A DNA stretch of 64,000 nt, from the NCBI GenBank assembly GCA_963765495.1, contig CAVXWP010000001.1, positions 462,628-526,627 on the forward strand, in the 5' to 3' direction. Under the pieces are notes generated by a model that had not been told where the DNA came from, did no database searches, and saw nothing but the letters and a program-made list of their open reading frames with translations. A program made the translations under genes and the position numbers. This DNA is from Blastocatellia bacterium (lineage in GTDB: Bacteria > Acidobacteriota > Blastocatellia > UBA7656). Below are positions 27,428 through 36,572 of this stretch, one piece after another (within the stretch, counting starts at the first letter, position 1; each line of letters starts with the position of its first letter).

Positions 27428-28624
27428 ATGATGGGGTCTCAAATCTCAAATCTCAAATCTCAAATCGGCTTTGATCGAGCGTTAGCCGCTGCGCGTGAGG
27501 GCGAAATCACTCGCGAGATAGCCCTCACGCTTATAAGCGCGAGCGATGAAGAGAGGCTCGCCTCACTCACTCGCGCAGCCGCCGAGGTGCGAGATCATCT
27601 AAAAGGGCGGGTGATCAGCTTCTCAAAGAAAGTCTTCATACCGCTTACAAATCTGTGCCGTGACTATTGCGGCTATTGCACGTTTCGCAAGGACCCCGGG
27701 GATGCCGGCGCGCACACGATGACGCCCGACGAAGTGCTTGAGGTGGCCGAAGCGGGCGCGCGTCTCGGTTGCAAAGAAGCGCTCTTTAGTCTGGGCGACA
27801 GACCCGAAGCTCTCTTTCCCGAGATGCGCGAAACGCTTCGGCGACTCGGGCATCGCACTACGCTTTCATATCTGGCCGAGATGTGCGAGCGCGTATTGAA
27901 TGAAACCGGATTGCTGCCGCACGCAAACCCCGGACTTTTGGGGCGACGCGATCTGGAATCGCTCAGACGCTCAAACCCGAGCGCGGGCCTTATGCTTGAA
28001 AACGTAAGCGAGCGCCTTACGCTTGCGGGGATGCCGCACGACAACGCACCCGATAAACGCCCCGCGCTCCGGCTTCGCACGATTGAAGAGGCGGGAAGAT
28101 TGCGCGTGCCCTTTACCACGGGGATATTGATCGGTATAGGCGAGACGCTCGCCGAGCGGGTCGATTCGCTGTTTGCCGTTCTGGAATTGAATCGGCGCTA
28201 TGGTCACATTCAGGAAGTGATCATTCAGAATTTTCGCGCAAAGCCGCTTATACCCATGCGCCATCATCCTGAACCCGGCCTCGACGATCTCGCCCGTACA
28301 ATAGCCGTAGCGCGGTTGATACTTCGAGATATGAACGTACAGGCTCCGCCCAATCTGTCGGATGATAATTACCCTTCGCTGATCGAGGCCGGATTGAATG
28401 ACTGGGGCGGAATCTCTCCGCTCACGCCCGATCACATAAACCCCGAAAAACCCTGGCCGCACATCGAAGCCCTGCGCGATCACACCCGCGCGGCGGGCTA
28501 CGAGTTGCGAGAGCGATTGAATATCTATCCCGAGTTTGTCTTTCGAGACGAGTTTCTCGATCCGAAGCTGGCGACGCGCGTGCGCTCAATGGCAGACAAA
28601 TCGGGTTATGCGAAAGTAAGTTAA
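27428..28624 (+). CDS. cofG: 7,8-didemethyl-8-hydroxy-5-deazariboflavin (FO) synthase subunit CofG
   Basis: Radical SAM motif TNLCRDYCGYCTF, TIM-barrel length, and pairing with cofH downstream. The start is uncertain (27407/27428/later) because the 5' end contains a (tcaaatc)x4 tandem repeat. Confidence 0.8.
   Translation: MMGSQISNLKSQIGFDRALAAAREGEITREIALTLISASDEERLASLTRAAAEVRDHLKGRVISFSKKVFIPLTNLCRDYCGYCTFRKDPGDAGAHTMTPDEVLEVAEAGARLGCKEALFSLGDRPEALFPEMRETLRRLGHRTTLSYLAEMCERVLNETGLLPHANPGLLGRRDLESLRRSNPSAGLMLENVSERLTLAGMPHDNAPDKRPALRLRTIEEAGRLRVPFTTGILIGIGETLAERVDSLFAVLELNRRYGHIQEVIIQNFRAKPLIPMRHHPEPGLDDLARTIAVARLILRDMNVQAPPNLSDDNYPSLIEAGLNDWGGISPLTPDHINPEKPWPHIEALRDHTRAAGYELRERLNIYPEFVFRDEFLDPKLATRVRSMADKSGYAKVS
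27434..27462. repeat. Tandem heptamer (tcaaatc)x4, family E-related
   Basis: Direct repeats at the cofG 5' end. The same heptamer forms inverted arms at 62125-62214 and 49127-49160. Confidence 0.75.
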
Positions 28625-28676
28625 TCTCGTCAGGCAATTTTGTATTGCCTGCAAGACTTGTGAAAGGAGAGCAATT

Positions 28677-29099
28677 ATGAAAGAACTTTCTACAAGCTTA
28701 AAAGAGTTTATCGAGAATCAAGAACTGATGCGAATCGCCTATACAGACAGCAAAGGGTTTCCGCGCGTCGTGCCTGTCTGGTATGTAGTGCTTGAAGACA
28801 ATTACTACGTCGGCACATACAAGTCGAGCGCAAAGTGGAAAGCGATTGAGCAAGACTCGCGCATGGGCTGGGTCATAGATGGTGGGGAGGACTACAAATA
28901 TAAAGGCGTTTCCAGGTACGGACACGCGGAAGAAGTGACTGATGCCGACCAGCGTGCTACCGTATACAACGCGCTGGGTGTAAAATATTTTGGCTCGACG
29001 GATGACCCAAATTTTCTTGAGATATACGGCCAGGTCGATAACCAGGATACGCTTTACATGCGGCTCAAGGAAGATGGCGGCAATTCGTGGGAATATTGA
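28677..29099 (+). CDS. Pyridoxamine 5'-phosphate oxidase-family (PPOX-like, probable F420-binding) protein
   Basis: ...MRIAYTDSKGFPRVVPVWYVVLEDNYYVGT... split-barrel fold. Located between cofG and cofH. Confidence 0.65.
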   Translation: MKELSTSLKEFIENQELMRIAYTDSKGFPRVVPVWYVVLEDNYYVGTYKSSAKWKAIEQDSRMGWVIDGGEDYKYKGVSRYGHAEEVTDADQRATVYNALGVKYFGSTDDPNFLEIYGQVDNQDTLYMRLKEDGGNSWEY

Positions 29100-29107
29100 G
29101 AAAAGTC

Positions 29108-30307
29108 ATGGCGCAATCAATGAATGAATCCTGCGAGGGTGAATCGGGCGGACCCTCCATCAGTTTATCCGCGATTGATCCTCGGATAGCTGACATACTC
29201 GACCGGGCGCTTGAGGGGGGCGAGCTAGACTTCGAAGACGGAGTGGCGCTCGCCCAATCAAGCGGGCCGGAATTAGAGGCGCTCATACAAGCGGCCGACC
29301 ATATCAGGCGCGAGCGCGTGGGCGATTGTATTACCTATGTCGTCAATCGCAATATCAACTTCACAAATATCTGCTTTGTAGGTTGCCGCTTCTGCGCCTT
29401 CAGCCGCGCGCCTCGTGAAAAGGATGCTTATTTTCACTCTTTCGAAGAGATCGGACGGCGATCACAGGAGGCCTGGGAACGCGGCGCGCGCGAGGTCTGC
29501 GTGCAGGGAGGGCTGCCTCGCGGGCTTGATCCTTTTTATTACCGCGATCTTCTCCGCGTAATCAAAGAGGCCACGCCCGATATGCACATCCACGCATTTT
29601 CGCCTATGGAAATAGTCTACGGCGTAGAGTTGACCGGGATGAAGCTGGCCGATTATCTGCTGATGCTAAAAGAGGCGGGGTTGGGAACGCTCCCCGGCAC
29701 CGCCGCTGAAATTCTGGATGATGATGTGCGCCATAATATCGAGCGCATAAAGCTGAAAGTTTCCGAATGGGTCGAAGTCATTCGTACCGCGCATGGCCTC
29801 GGCATCCCTACCACCTCAACGATGATGTACGGCCACACGGAGACACCCACACACTGGGTTCGGCATCTTTTGCTGTTGCGCGATATTCAAAAAGAGACGG
29901 GCGGTTTTACGGAATTTGTGCCGCTCGGATTCGTACACGAATTCACTCAGTTGTATAAATCCGGCGATGCGCGGCCCGGGCCTACGACCGAAGAGCATCT
30001 GAAGGTACACGCGCTTGCGCGATTGATGTTGAACGGATGGATAGACAACATACAGGTCTCGTGGGTGAAGCTCTCGCGCCAGATGGCGCAGGACTGTTTT
30101 CGCGCCGGAGCAAATGATTACGGCGGAACCTTGATGAACGAAAACATATCGAGGCTCGCGGGCGCAACCGCCGGAGAGTATCTGTCGCCTGAGGATTTTC
30201 ACGAGCGCATACGCGAGCTTGGCCGTATCCCCGCCGAACGTACCACTACTTACAAAATAGTAAACATCTACGACAACATCGCCGCGGACGCAAAGGCACA
30301 ACAGTAA
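29108..30307 (+). CDS. cofH: FO synthase subunit CofH
   Basis: Radical SAM motif NICFVGCRFCAFS (CxxxCxFCAF, typical of CofH), about 400 aa, adjacent to cofG. GTG at 29087 is an alternative start. Confidence 0.8.
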   Translation: MAQSMNESCEGESGGPSISLSAIDPRIADILDRALEGGELDFEDGVALAQSSGPELEALIQAADHIRRERVGDCITYVVNRNINFTNICFVGCRFCAFSRAPREKDAYFHSFEEIGRRSQEAWERGAREVCVQGGLPRGLDPFYYRDLLRVIKEATPDMHIHAFSPMEIVYGVELTGMKLADYLLMLKEAGLGTLPGTAAEILDDDVRHNIERIKLKVSEWVEVIRTAHGLGIPTTSTMMYGHTETPTHWVRHLLLLRDIQKETGGFTEFVPLGFVHEFTQLYKSGDARPGPTTEEHLKVHALARLMLNGWIDNIQVSWVKLSRQMAQDCFRAGANDYGGTLMNENISRLAGATAGEYLSPEDFHERIRELGRIPAERTTTYKIVNIYDNIAADAKAQQ

Positions 30308-30337
30308 AAATAAATTAGAAGCGAGTACAAATAGGCC

Positions 30338-30431
30338 GCGGGTGACACGGATGCGCCGGGTCTACGCGGATCTGATTTTACTGGGTTAATCCGCGTAAAT
30401 CCGTCGCATCCGCGTCCGTCCCGACCTATTT
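30338..30431. repeat. REP/MITE-like element, family A copy
   Basis: caaataggccgcgggtgacacggatgcg...gcatccgcgtccgtcccgacctattt, downstream of cofH. Confidence 0.85.
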
Positions 30432-30608
30432 CAATTTCCCTGTTCTGTGTTTGAAGGAAAACCGAATAGCTCTCTCAGGTGTTTCTCCTTGATGTGAGAC
30501 AGCCTTTTACGGCTGCCGCTACGAGTGATAGAATCACGCCGCAATCTAATTTCTCAGGTCAGGTAAAAAATCAACAGTCGTCCTAACCGCCCGGTTGGAG
30601 CAGATTAA

Positions 30609-31202
30609 ATGTGGGATTCGCTTTCACAAATCAGCGCGCTTTCGGTCTTTCTCGTACTGGCGGCAATCGGATTTCTCTTTCTGCTGATCTCGTTTCTGTT
30701 TGGAGAGATTCTCGGATTTCTGGAATTCGAGCACGAGTTCGAGCACGAGTTTGGCGATGAGGGGCCGAGCTTTTTCAGCCTGCGAGTCATAGCGGTTTTC
30801 GTGACCGCTTTTGGCGGCATCGGAGCCATAGGGATTTATCGTGGTTACAGCACTCTTATAAGCTCGATGTTTGGCCTCGCCAGTGGAGTGGTGACGGGCG
30901 CTGTGGTCTATTTCTTTGCGAGACTCCTTTACTCGCAGCAAGCCTCGAGCATGGTGGATGCTTCCGACCTCATAGGTGTGACCGCTCAGGTGATCGTCAG
31001 AATCCCGTCCGAAGGGTTCGGGCAGGTGCGCTGCGTCGTAGGCGAATCCATGATCGACAAGCTCGCCCGGTCACGCGGGGGCGTAGAGATTCCGAATAAC
31101 TCTACTGTGAGAATCGAAGAGATTGCGGGCGAAAGCGTCATAGTCAGCCCGTGCCCGGCAGAGGGCGAAGGCAAAGGGTTATTTCTTTTCACAAATGATT
31201 GA
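30609..31202 (+). CDS. NfeD-family membrane protein (short form)
   Basis: N-terminal TM helices plus a C-terminal OB-fold-like soluble domain, immediately upstream of a flotillin/SPFH gene (the conserved NfeD-SPFH pairing). Contains an EFEHEFEHEF repeat. Confidence 0.65.
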   Translation: MWDSLSQISALSVFLVLAAIGFLFLLISFLFGEILGFLEFEHEFEHEFGDEGPSFFSLRVIAVFVTAFGGIGAIGIYRGYSTLISSMFGLASGVVTGAVVYFFARLLYSQQASSMVDASDLIGVTAQVIVRIPSEGFGQVRCVVGESMIDKLARSRGGVEIPNNSTVRIEEIAGESVIVSPCPAEGEGKGLFLFTND

Positions 31203-31223
31203 CAAGCACAGGAGGTTACGAAA

Positions 31224-32777
31224 ATGCTTCTCCAGGACCCGACCATTTTGATCATTATTGCAGTAGTAGTTTTTGCCCTTTTGCTGGCGCTTTCGGTCAT
31301 CAGCAAGAACTATATCAAGGTTCCGCCAAACGAGGCGGCCGTATTTTCCGGGCGCAAACGAAAGCTCGCCGACGGTCGCATAGTCGGCTATCGCCTGATA
31401 AAAGGCGGCGCGGCGCTTCGCATCCCGCTTCTTGAGAAGGTTGATTATCTCTCTTTGAATGTGATGACGCTGCCGCTCGAAATCCGCCGCGCCTACACGC
31501 TCAGAGGCGTTCCGGTCTCTGTAAAGGCGGTCGCAAACGTCAAGATCAAAGGCGACGATATATCTCTGCAAGCCGCCTCCGAGCGCTTCCTGGGGATGTC
31601 GCCCGCGCAGGTGCAACAGGTCATATTTCAAACGCTCGAAGGCCACCTGCGCGCCATACTCGGCACCCTGACCGTGGAAGAGATAAACAATGACCGGCAG
31701 AGTTTCGCTCAGAAACTCACAAGCGAAGCGGCCTCGGATCTCGAACGCATGGGCATAGGCGTAGATGTTTTAACCATACAGGAGATCAGCGATGAAGAAG
31801 GCTACCTCGACGCTCTCGGCAAGAGCCGAACTGCCGAGGTCAAACGCGATGCCCAGATAGGCGAGGCCGAAGCCCTGCGCGATTCGAAGATACAGGCTTC
31901 GCTTGCGATGCAGGAAGGAGAGAAGGTCAAGCTCGACACCGAGGCTAACATTTCGCTTGCGCAGCGCGATCTGGAAGTAAAGAAGGCGCAGTATCAGGCC
32001 GAGATCGAAAAAGAGCGATCCACAGCCGATCAGTCGGGGCCGCTCTCATCGGCCAAGGCTCGCCAACTGGTCGTGGCCGAAGAGGTGCGGATTGAAAAGA
32101 TTCGCACGCAGGAACAGATATCGGTTCAGGAACAAGAGATTCTCAGACGCGAAAAAGAGCTTGAGGCCACAATAGTGAAACCTGCGGAATCGGCGCGAAC
32201 GGCAGCCGTCCTGAAGGCCGAAGCTACAAAGCAGTCTTCCATCCTCGAAGCCGAAGGCAAGCGCGCATCGCTTATCGCTATAGCCGAAGCCGAACAGGAA
32301 AGGCTCAAGAAAGAAGGTGCGGGCCGTGCCGCCGCTATCGAATCGGAAGGTAGAGCCGAGGCGGCAAAGATCGAAGCCATAGGTCTGGCTCAGGCGAAAG
32401 CCATCGAGGCGCAAGGTCTGGCCGAAGCGACTGCCATCTTCAAAAAGGCCGAGGCGTGGAAGCAATTCAACGAGGCCGCGCGTCTCCAGACTATTCTTGA
32501 AAAATTGCCTTCGATCATCGAAGCGTCGGCCCCGGTATTTGGCGCGGTCGCCTCTCCGCTCGGCAACATCGACAAGGTGGTCGTGATCGAACAGGGCAAC
32601 GGGAACGGGCAGGGCGGCGTGAATAAATTTGCCGCCACGGCGCCATCGGTAATCTTCGGGCTGTTACAGCAACTCGAAGCGCTTGGCCTGAACGTGCCCA
32701 ATCTGCTTGCGCAACTTGGGGTCGAGAATAAAAAAGAGATTGTTCCAAACACCCCCGTCGAAAGGATTGATTCCTGA
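31224..32777 (+). CDS. Flotillin-like SPFH (band 7) domain protein
   Basis: N-terminal TM helix, SPFH domain (VPPNEAAVFSGRKRK..., VSVKAVANVKI), and a long Ala/Glu-rich coiled-coil C-region typical of FloT/YuaG. Confidence 0.8.
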   Translation: MLLQDPTILIIIAVVVFALLLALSVISKNYIKVPPNEAAVFSGRKRKLADGRIVGYRLIKGGAALRIPLLEKVDYLSLNVMTLPLEIRRAYTLRGVPVSVKAVANVKIKGDDISLQAASERFLGMSPAQVQQVIFQTLEGHLRAILGTLTVEEINNDRQSFAQKLTSEAASDLERMGIGVDVLTIQEISDEEGYLDALGKSRTAEVKRDAQIGEAEALRDSKIQASLAMQEGEKVKLDTEANISLAQRDLEVKKAQYQAEIEKERSTADQSGPLSSAKARQLVVAEEVRIEKIRTQEQISVQEQEILRREKELEATIVKPAESARTAAVLKAEATKQSSILEAEGKRASLIAIAEAEQERLKKEGAGRAAAIESEGRAEAAKIEAIGLAQAKAIEAQGLAEATAIFKKAEAWKQFNEAARLQTILEKLPSIIEASAPVFGAVASPLGNIDKVVVIEQGNGNGQGGVNKFAATAPSVIFGLLQQLEALGLNVPNLLAQLGVENKKEIVPNTPVERIDS

Positions 32778-32798
32778 AAAGGCAGATCGAAATAGGCC

Positions 32799-32893
32799 AC
32801 GGATAACACGGATCGGACGGATTTTCACGGATTAGCTCAAACAGGGTCAGATCCGCGAAAATCCGCCGCATCCGCGTCCGTCCCGGCCTATTT
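32799..32893. repeat. REP/MITE-like element, family A copy
   Basis: gaaataggccacggataacacggatcgg...gcatccgcgtccgtcccggcctattt, between convergent flotillin and CGNR genes. It shares the internal gattagctcaaa(c/t)ag with the 42379 copy. Confidence 0.85.
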
Positions 32894-32943
32894 ATATTTC
32901 CCTTACTTTGGAGGTTCGTTTGTACGATCCTGTGCTTTTTAAT

Positions 32944-33603
32944 TCAGGGCGCTTCCTGCCGACGCCTGCGAAAACGGCGGACCTTGGCCAGATTACCGCA
33001 ATCCTTCATGTCGCACCAATGGCGACTCTTGTTGCGGCTCGTATCCAGAAATAACCACCCGCAGTTCTCCCCTCCGCATTGCCGCACTCGGGCGAGGTCG
33101 CCCGAGGTCAATAAATCTGCGGCTGATCGCGCTACGGGCCAGAGCATTTTATCAAGCGCCGCGCTCGTTTCGCGCCACGCCCAGTTGAACGCGCCCGCTG
33201 AGTAAACAAGCGTCTCGTGGCCTTTTGCTATCGCCAACTCTTCGTTTAATTTCTCAAGGTCTGCCCCTTCCGGCGGCCACCCCTCCGCTACCGATTTGAA
33301 TATCCTGTATATCGCTTCCCTGAGCGCTCTGCCTCTCACAAGAACGGCTTCCGCTGCCTCCGGCCGCTCTTCGGCCAGCTTTAGCAGTCTGCGCGCTTCG
33401 GTCTCTGTTGCCAGTCCCACATCCCTCGACCACGCTGCCAGATCGGCGTAACCATTGATCTTCTCTCCATCCGCCCGGTACCCCGCATCCCGCAGAGCCT
33501 TCCGCGTCTTTACCTGATCTCTCCCTCCAACCGTGTTCGTAAAATCAAGGCTCAACGCCCCACCAATCAGCTTGAAGCTTTTTGCCGGTAACTCAAGCCC
33601 CAT
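32944..33603 (-). CDS. ABATE-domain / CGNR zinc-finger protein
   Basis: C-terminal CGGENCGWLFLDTSRNKSRHWCDMKDCGNLAKVRRFRRR matches the CGNR zinc-finger pattern. GGGAGG lies 8 nt before the ATG chosen at 33603. Confidence 0.65.
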   Translation of the reverse strand: MGLELPAKSFKLIGGALSLDFTNTVGGRDQVKTRKALRDAGYRADGEKINGYADLAAWSRDVGLATETEARRLLKLAEERPEAAEAVLVRGRALREAIYRIFKSVAEGWPPEGADLEKLNEELAIAKGHETLVYSAGAFNWAWRETSAALDKMLWPVARSAADLLTSGDLARVRQCGGENCGWLFLDTSRNKSRHWCDMKDCGNLAKVRRFRRRRQEAP

Positions 33604-33769
33604 TCGAATACCTCCCTTCCAGGTCTCTAAAAAATTCCTCGTAACCTGCAACTTGTATTTGACAGGTTACGTATCGAGGAATATGATGTAACTGCTTTAG
33701 ATAGTTTAACTGGTTACGTCGATCATTTCCACTGACGGCACAGGAGTCAGTATAGCGAAGGGAGAGAGA

Positions 33770-34237
33770 ATGGGCATGGAGAATGAAAAGCTTGTAGATG
33801 AATTAAGAAGGATTCATGACGGTGATGCGTGGCACGGACCGGCCTTACGCGAATTGCTTTCCGGCCTGACGCCTGAGCAGGCGAATGCAAGGCCAATCGA
33901 GGGCGGGCACAACATCTGGGAACTCGTCCTGCACATTCGGGGTTGGGAAAACGTCTTTTTAAGCCGCATCAAAGGCGATAATGTCAGTGAGCCGCCGGAA
34001 GGCGATTTCCCAGACATAGAGCAAGCGACTCAAAAGGCCTGGGATGAAGCCCTATCGGGGCTGGACGAGACTCACGCAAAGTTGATCAGCGTGGTGGAAA
34101 ATCTGGATGATAGGGCGCTTGAGGAGAGAGTCGCGGGCTATGAATATACGGTGCGTTTTCTGCTCGACGGCGTCACTCGCCATCACGTCTATCATACGGG
34201 GCAAATCGCGCTGCTAAGGAAAGCCTTTGTCAGGTGA
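33770..34237 (+). CDS. DinB/YfiT-family metal-dependent protein
   Basis: A 155-aa four-helix-bundle type with His motifs (NIWELVLHIRGWENVF, RHHVYHTGQIALL). Confidence 0.55.
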   Translation: MGMENEKLVDELRRIHDGDAWHGPALRELLSGLTPEQANARPIEGGHNIWELVLHIRGWENVFLSRIKGDNVSEPPEGDFPDIEQATQKAWDEALSGLDETHAKLISVVENLDDRALEERVAGYEYTVRFLLDGVTRHHVYHTGQIALLRKAFVR

Positions 34238-34249
34238 ATCGGATTTTTT

Positions 34250-34320
34250 GACAGGATTAGCAAGATTTTTAAGGATTAGCAGAACTCTCTTTTAATCTGT
34301 TGAATCTCGTTAATCCTGTC
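34250..34320. repeat. Palindromic intergenic repeat, family B copy
   Basis: gacaggattagcaagattttt...aatctcgttaatcctgtc between convergent DinB-family and SCO genes. Confidence 0.8.
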
Positions 34321-34329
34321 TGAGTCTTT

Positions 34330-35256
34330 TCAGGTTTGAGGAGCGATCTCTCGAAGGTCTTTCAGAATATCGGCCGGTTTCCAGTCATTGCCGCGATAAA
34401 CTTTCAGCACTTTTCCGTCAGGTGTAATGACTGCCGTGCGCAACCCGTGGATGATCTGAGCGCCCTCGGCCCAGTAATTCAAGCCGAAATACTCGGCCAC
34501 TTTTTTCACCTGTTCGGCAGTTCCCGTAGCGAATTCCCAGTGCTTGAAATCATCCGGGCTGTCTGTGCCCATAGAAGCCTGCCCGTAGCCGCGCAGCACC
34601 TTCGGCGTATCATATTCGGGATCAACCGTGATGCTGAGCAATTGCGTCTTTTTATAAAGCTCGGCGTTGTCTTTTAGCGCCTTCTCTATTTCGGCAAACT
34701 GCCGCGTCATCAGAGGGCAGTAATCCGGCAACGGGCAGCGCGTATAGATAAAGGTCAGCGCCAGCGCCCGCCCGCGATAGTTGTGAAGGCTCGTAGGTTT
34801 TCCGTCCTGATTGACGAGCGCGAAATCTGGAACCTCTTCGCCCGGCGAAGGCCCTACGCGGCTTTCGGGCTTATCGACATAGGCAGGATCGGGGGTCTCG
34901 CGAGTAATGACCAGGTCTTCAAGCCACGAACGGTCATCTGCGACTACCAGAGTAGCCTGCACGCGGTCGCCCGGCTGCAAGTCGTTAAAGGCCCATTCAT
35001 CTTTCAAAGTGAAGGGCATCGTCATGGCCTCCATATACCCCGGTATGGCTTCGTGAGAGATGATTACCTGATGGCCTCTTTCGTCTACCGAGACGACTTT
35101 GCCTGTGAAATCGTAACGCTTGCCTTCGGGCGCGCGGTGATTCCGGCATCCTGACAGCCCCGCAAACAATATAATTACAACCAGCATCAGACCTGAAAAT
35201 TTGTTAATGCGAGATGCTTTTAAGATCGTGTGAGAAGCTCTGTTCATAAAGATCAA
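34330..35256 (-). CDS. SCO1/SenC-family copper chaperone with an N-terminal Met-rich metal-binding beta-domain
   Basis: Thioredoxin-fold SCO motif TFIYTRCPLPDYCP (CxxxC). The N-terminal domain has YMEAMTMPF (CusF-like Cu(I)-site character). A signal or anchor sequence is present. Confidence 0.7.
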   Translation of the reverse strand: MIFMNRASHTILKASRINKFSGLMLVVIILFAGLSGCRNHRAPEGKRYDFTGKVVSVDERGHQVIISHEAIPGYMEAMTMPFTLKDEWAFNDLQPGDRVQATLVVADDRSWLEDLVITRETPDPAYVDKPESRVGPSPGEEVPDFALVNQDGKPTSLHNYRGRALALTFIYTRCPLPDYCPLMTRQFAEIEKALKDNAELYKKTQLLSITVDPEYDTPKVLRGYGQASMGTDSPDDFKHWEFATGTAEQVKKVAEYFGLNYWAEGAQIIHGLRTAVITPDGKVLKVYRGNDWKPADILKDLREIAPQT

Positions 35257-35412
35257 TTCTCTTCTATTGAAGGCCGAAGAACAACCTCAACCATCAGCTT
35301 ACAGACGAACCGTAAGAGACCATACAATCAAGCCCGACCTGTCAGGACGCTGGACGGGTCGCTTGACTGCGTGCCCGGTTCTATTATTTCATTAAAGGCC
35401 AGGGAGATTATC

Positions 35413-35913
35413 ATGCATAAGAAATCGCTCTCAATCATTTTAGCCGCTGTCGCAATCCTGTTGTTTGGCGGTCTATCTTTTGCGCCGAGAGCCACAGCCC
35501 AGAACGAACACACTCTGGTGGGCGAATGGATAGTCACATCCACCCCTATAAACGGCGAGACGACTTCCCGTCAGGGCAACACGCTCGGGTTTCCTGAACG
35601 AGACATGTTTTTTGAGCAGAACGGCGATATACGCACGGGTGTGGTAGATCGTGAAGATGCCGGAACCAATGTCAAACCGCTCGGAGTATGGCGCGTAGAC
35701 GGCGACAGGTTAAGCGCGACGTTTCAACTCTGGTGCCCCGATGCCAACGGGCCCTGCGGCTCAATAGTGATGCGGGGAAAGTTCACCGATGATGACCACA
35801 TCAGAGGCACTATGGCTGCTTTCTTCGATGTGCCGGACGATTTCTTTCCTACGGGCTACGATACGTGGACGTTCTCATTCAGAGGCGAGCGAGTGCAGAA
35901 GGGAGGAAACTGA
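35413..35913 (+). CDS. Secreted hypothetical protein (paralog 1 of a tandem pair)
   Basis: Signal peptide and GGGAG RBS. It has no known motif and shares architecture (W...V...G, C...C) with the next ORF. Confidence 0.55.
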   Translation: MHKKSLSIILAAVAILLFGGLSFAPRATAQNEHTLVGEWIVTSTPINGETTSRQGNTLGFPERDMFFEQNGDIRTGVVDREDAGTNVKPLGVWRVDGDRLSATFQLWCPDANGPCGSIVMRGKFTDDDHIRGTMAAFFDVPDDFFPTGYDTWTFSFRGERVQKGGN

Positions 35914-36401
35914 TGGCAAATAGAGTTCGAATTACCAACAGATGGGCGGCTGCGCTTCTGGCGATCTGTCTCTTTCTGGCCGTGGCAACTCCTCAGACAT
36001 TTGCAGGCGGCAAGGCGCTCGACGGGCGGTGGAGCGTGACCATCAAGATACCGGAATCTCCATTCAGCACTACCAAACAGGAGCTTACCCTCACCTGGGT
36101 TGTGAGCCCTCGCGAGGCCAACAGCCTGCACGGGCGACTTCTTATCACCGACGCGGAAAATCGCACCGTGGGCGGCGTGTGGCGGCAGGTGGGCAAGAAG
36201 GTCTCTATAGCATTTGAGCTTCCCTGCACGGAAGGGGACACGTGCGCCTCGCTCATACTTCTCGGAAAGATCAAGGCGGAGAATACAAAACTCAAGAAGG
36301 GCAAGGTCATCGTCATGTGGGACACTCCCAATGATCAGGACCATACTTTCTATGATACATCTAAGGGTACTTTCACGGGCGACCGATTGCCCGACGAGTA
36401 G
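35913..36401 (+). CDS. Secreted hypothetical protein (paralog 2 of a tandem pair)
   Basis: Its ATG overlaps the previous stop (TGATG), a GGGAGG RBS precedes it, and it has a signal peptide (AALLAICLFLAVATPQTFA). Confidence 0.55.
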   Translation: MANRVRITNRWAAALLAICLFLAVATPQTFAGGKALDGRWSVTIKIPESPFSTTKQELTLTWVVSPREANSLHGRLLITDAENRTVGGVWRQVGKKVSIAFELPCTEGDTCASLILLGKIKAENTKLKKGKVIVMWDTPNDQDHTFYDTSKGTFTGDRLPDE

Positions 36402-36510
36402 TCTTCAATCAATTCCAGGCAATTTCTGATGAAATCTTATTAATCCTCTACACGTCCTTGTCGCGCTTTATGCGCCGACGGTGCCATCCTTTCTTTGATA
36501 CTCGAGTGTT

Positions 36511-36527
36511 ACATTTTCGAAAAATGT
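36511..36527. promoter_or_regulatory. Perfect 7-3-7 palindrome ACATTTT-CGA-AAAATGT upstream of nikR (candidate NikR operator or promoter element)
   Basis: The dyad is read directly from the sequence, 46 bp upstream of the nikR ATG in an AT-rich spacer. Confidence 0.4.
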
Positions 36528-36572
36528 GCTACAGTAATTTTCGCGCAACGGGATTCCAGAAAGGAGTTTTTG

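Noticed and set aside
27434-27462. Tandem heptamers and other short direct repeats as possible CRISPR arrays
   Set aside because: The repeat unit is 7 nt with no spacers. There are no 25-40-nt repeats with unique spacers anywhere in the window, and no cas genes.
30609-32777. Treating the NfeD-flotillin pair as novel
   Set aside because: This is a well-known conserved operon pairing, and nothing unusual is seen beyond the EFEH repeat.
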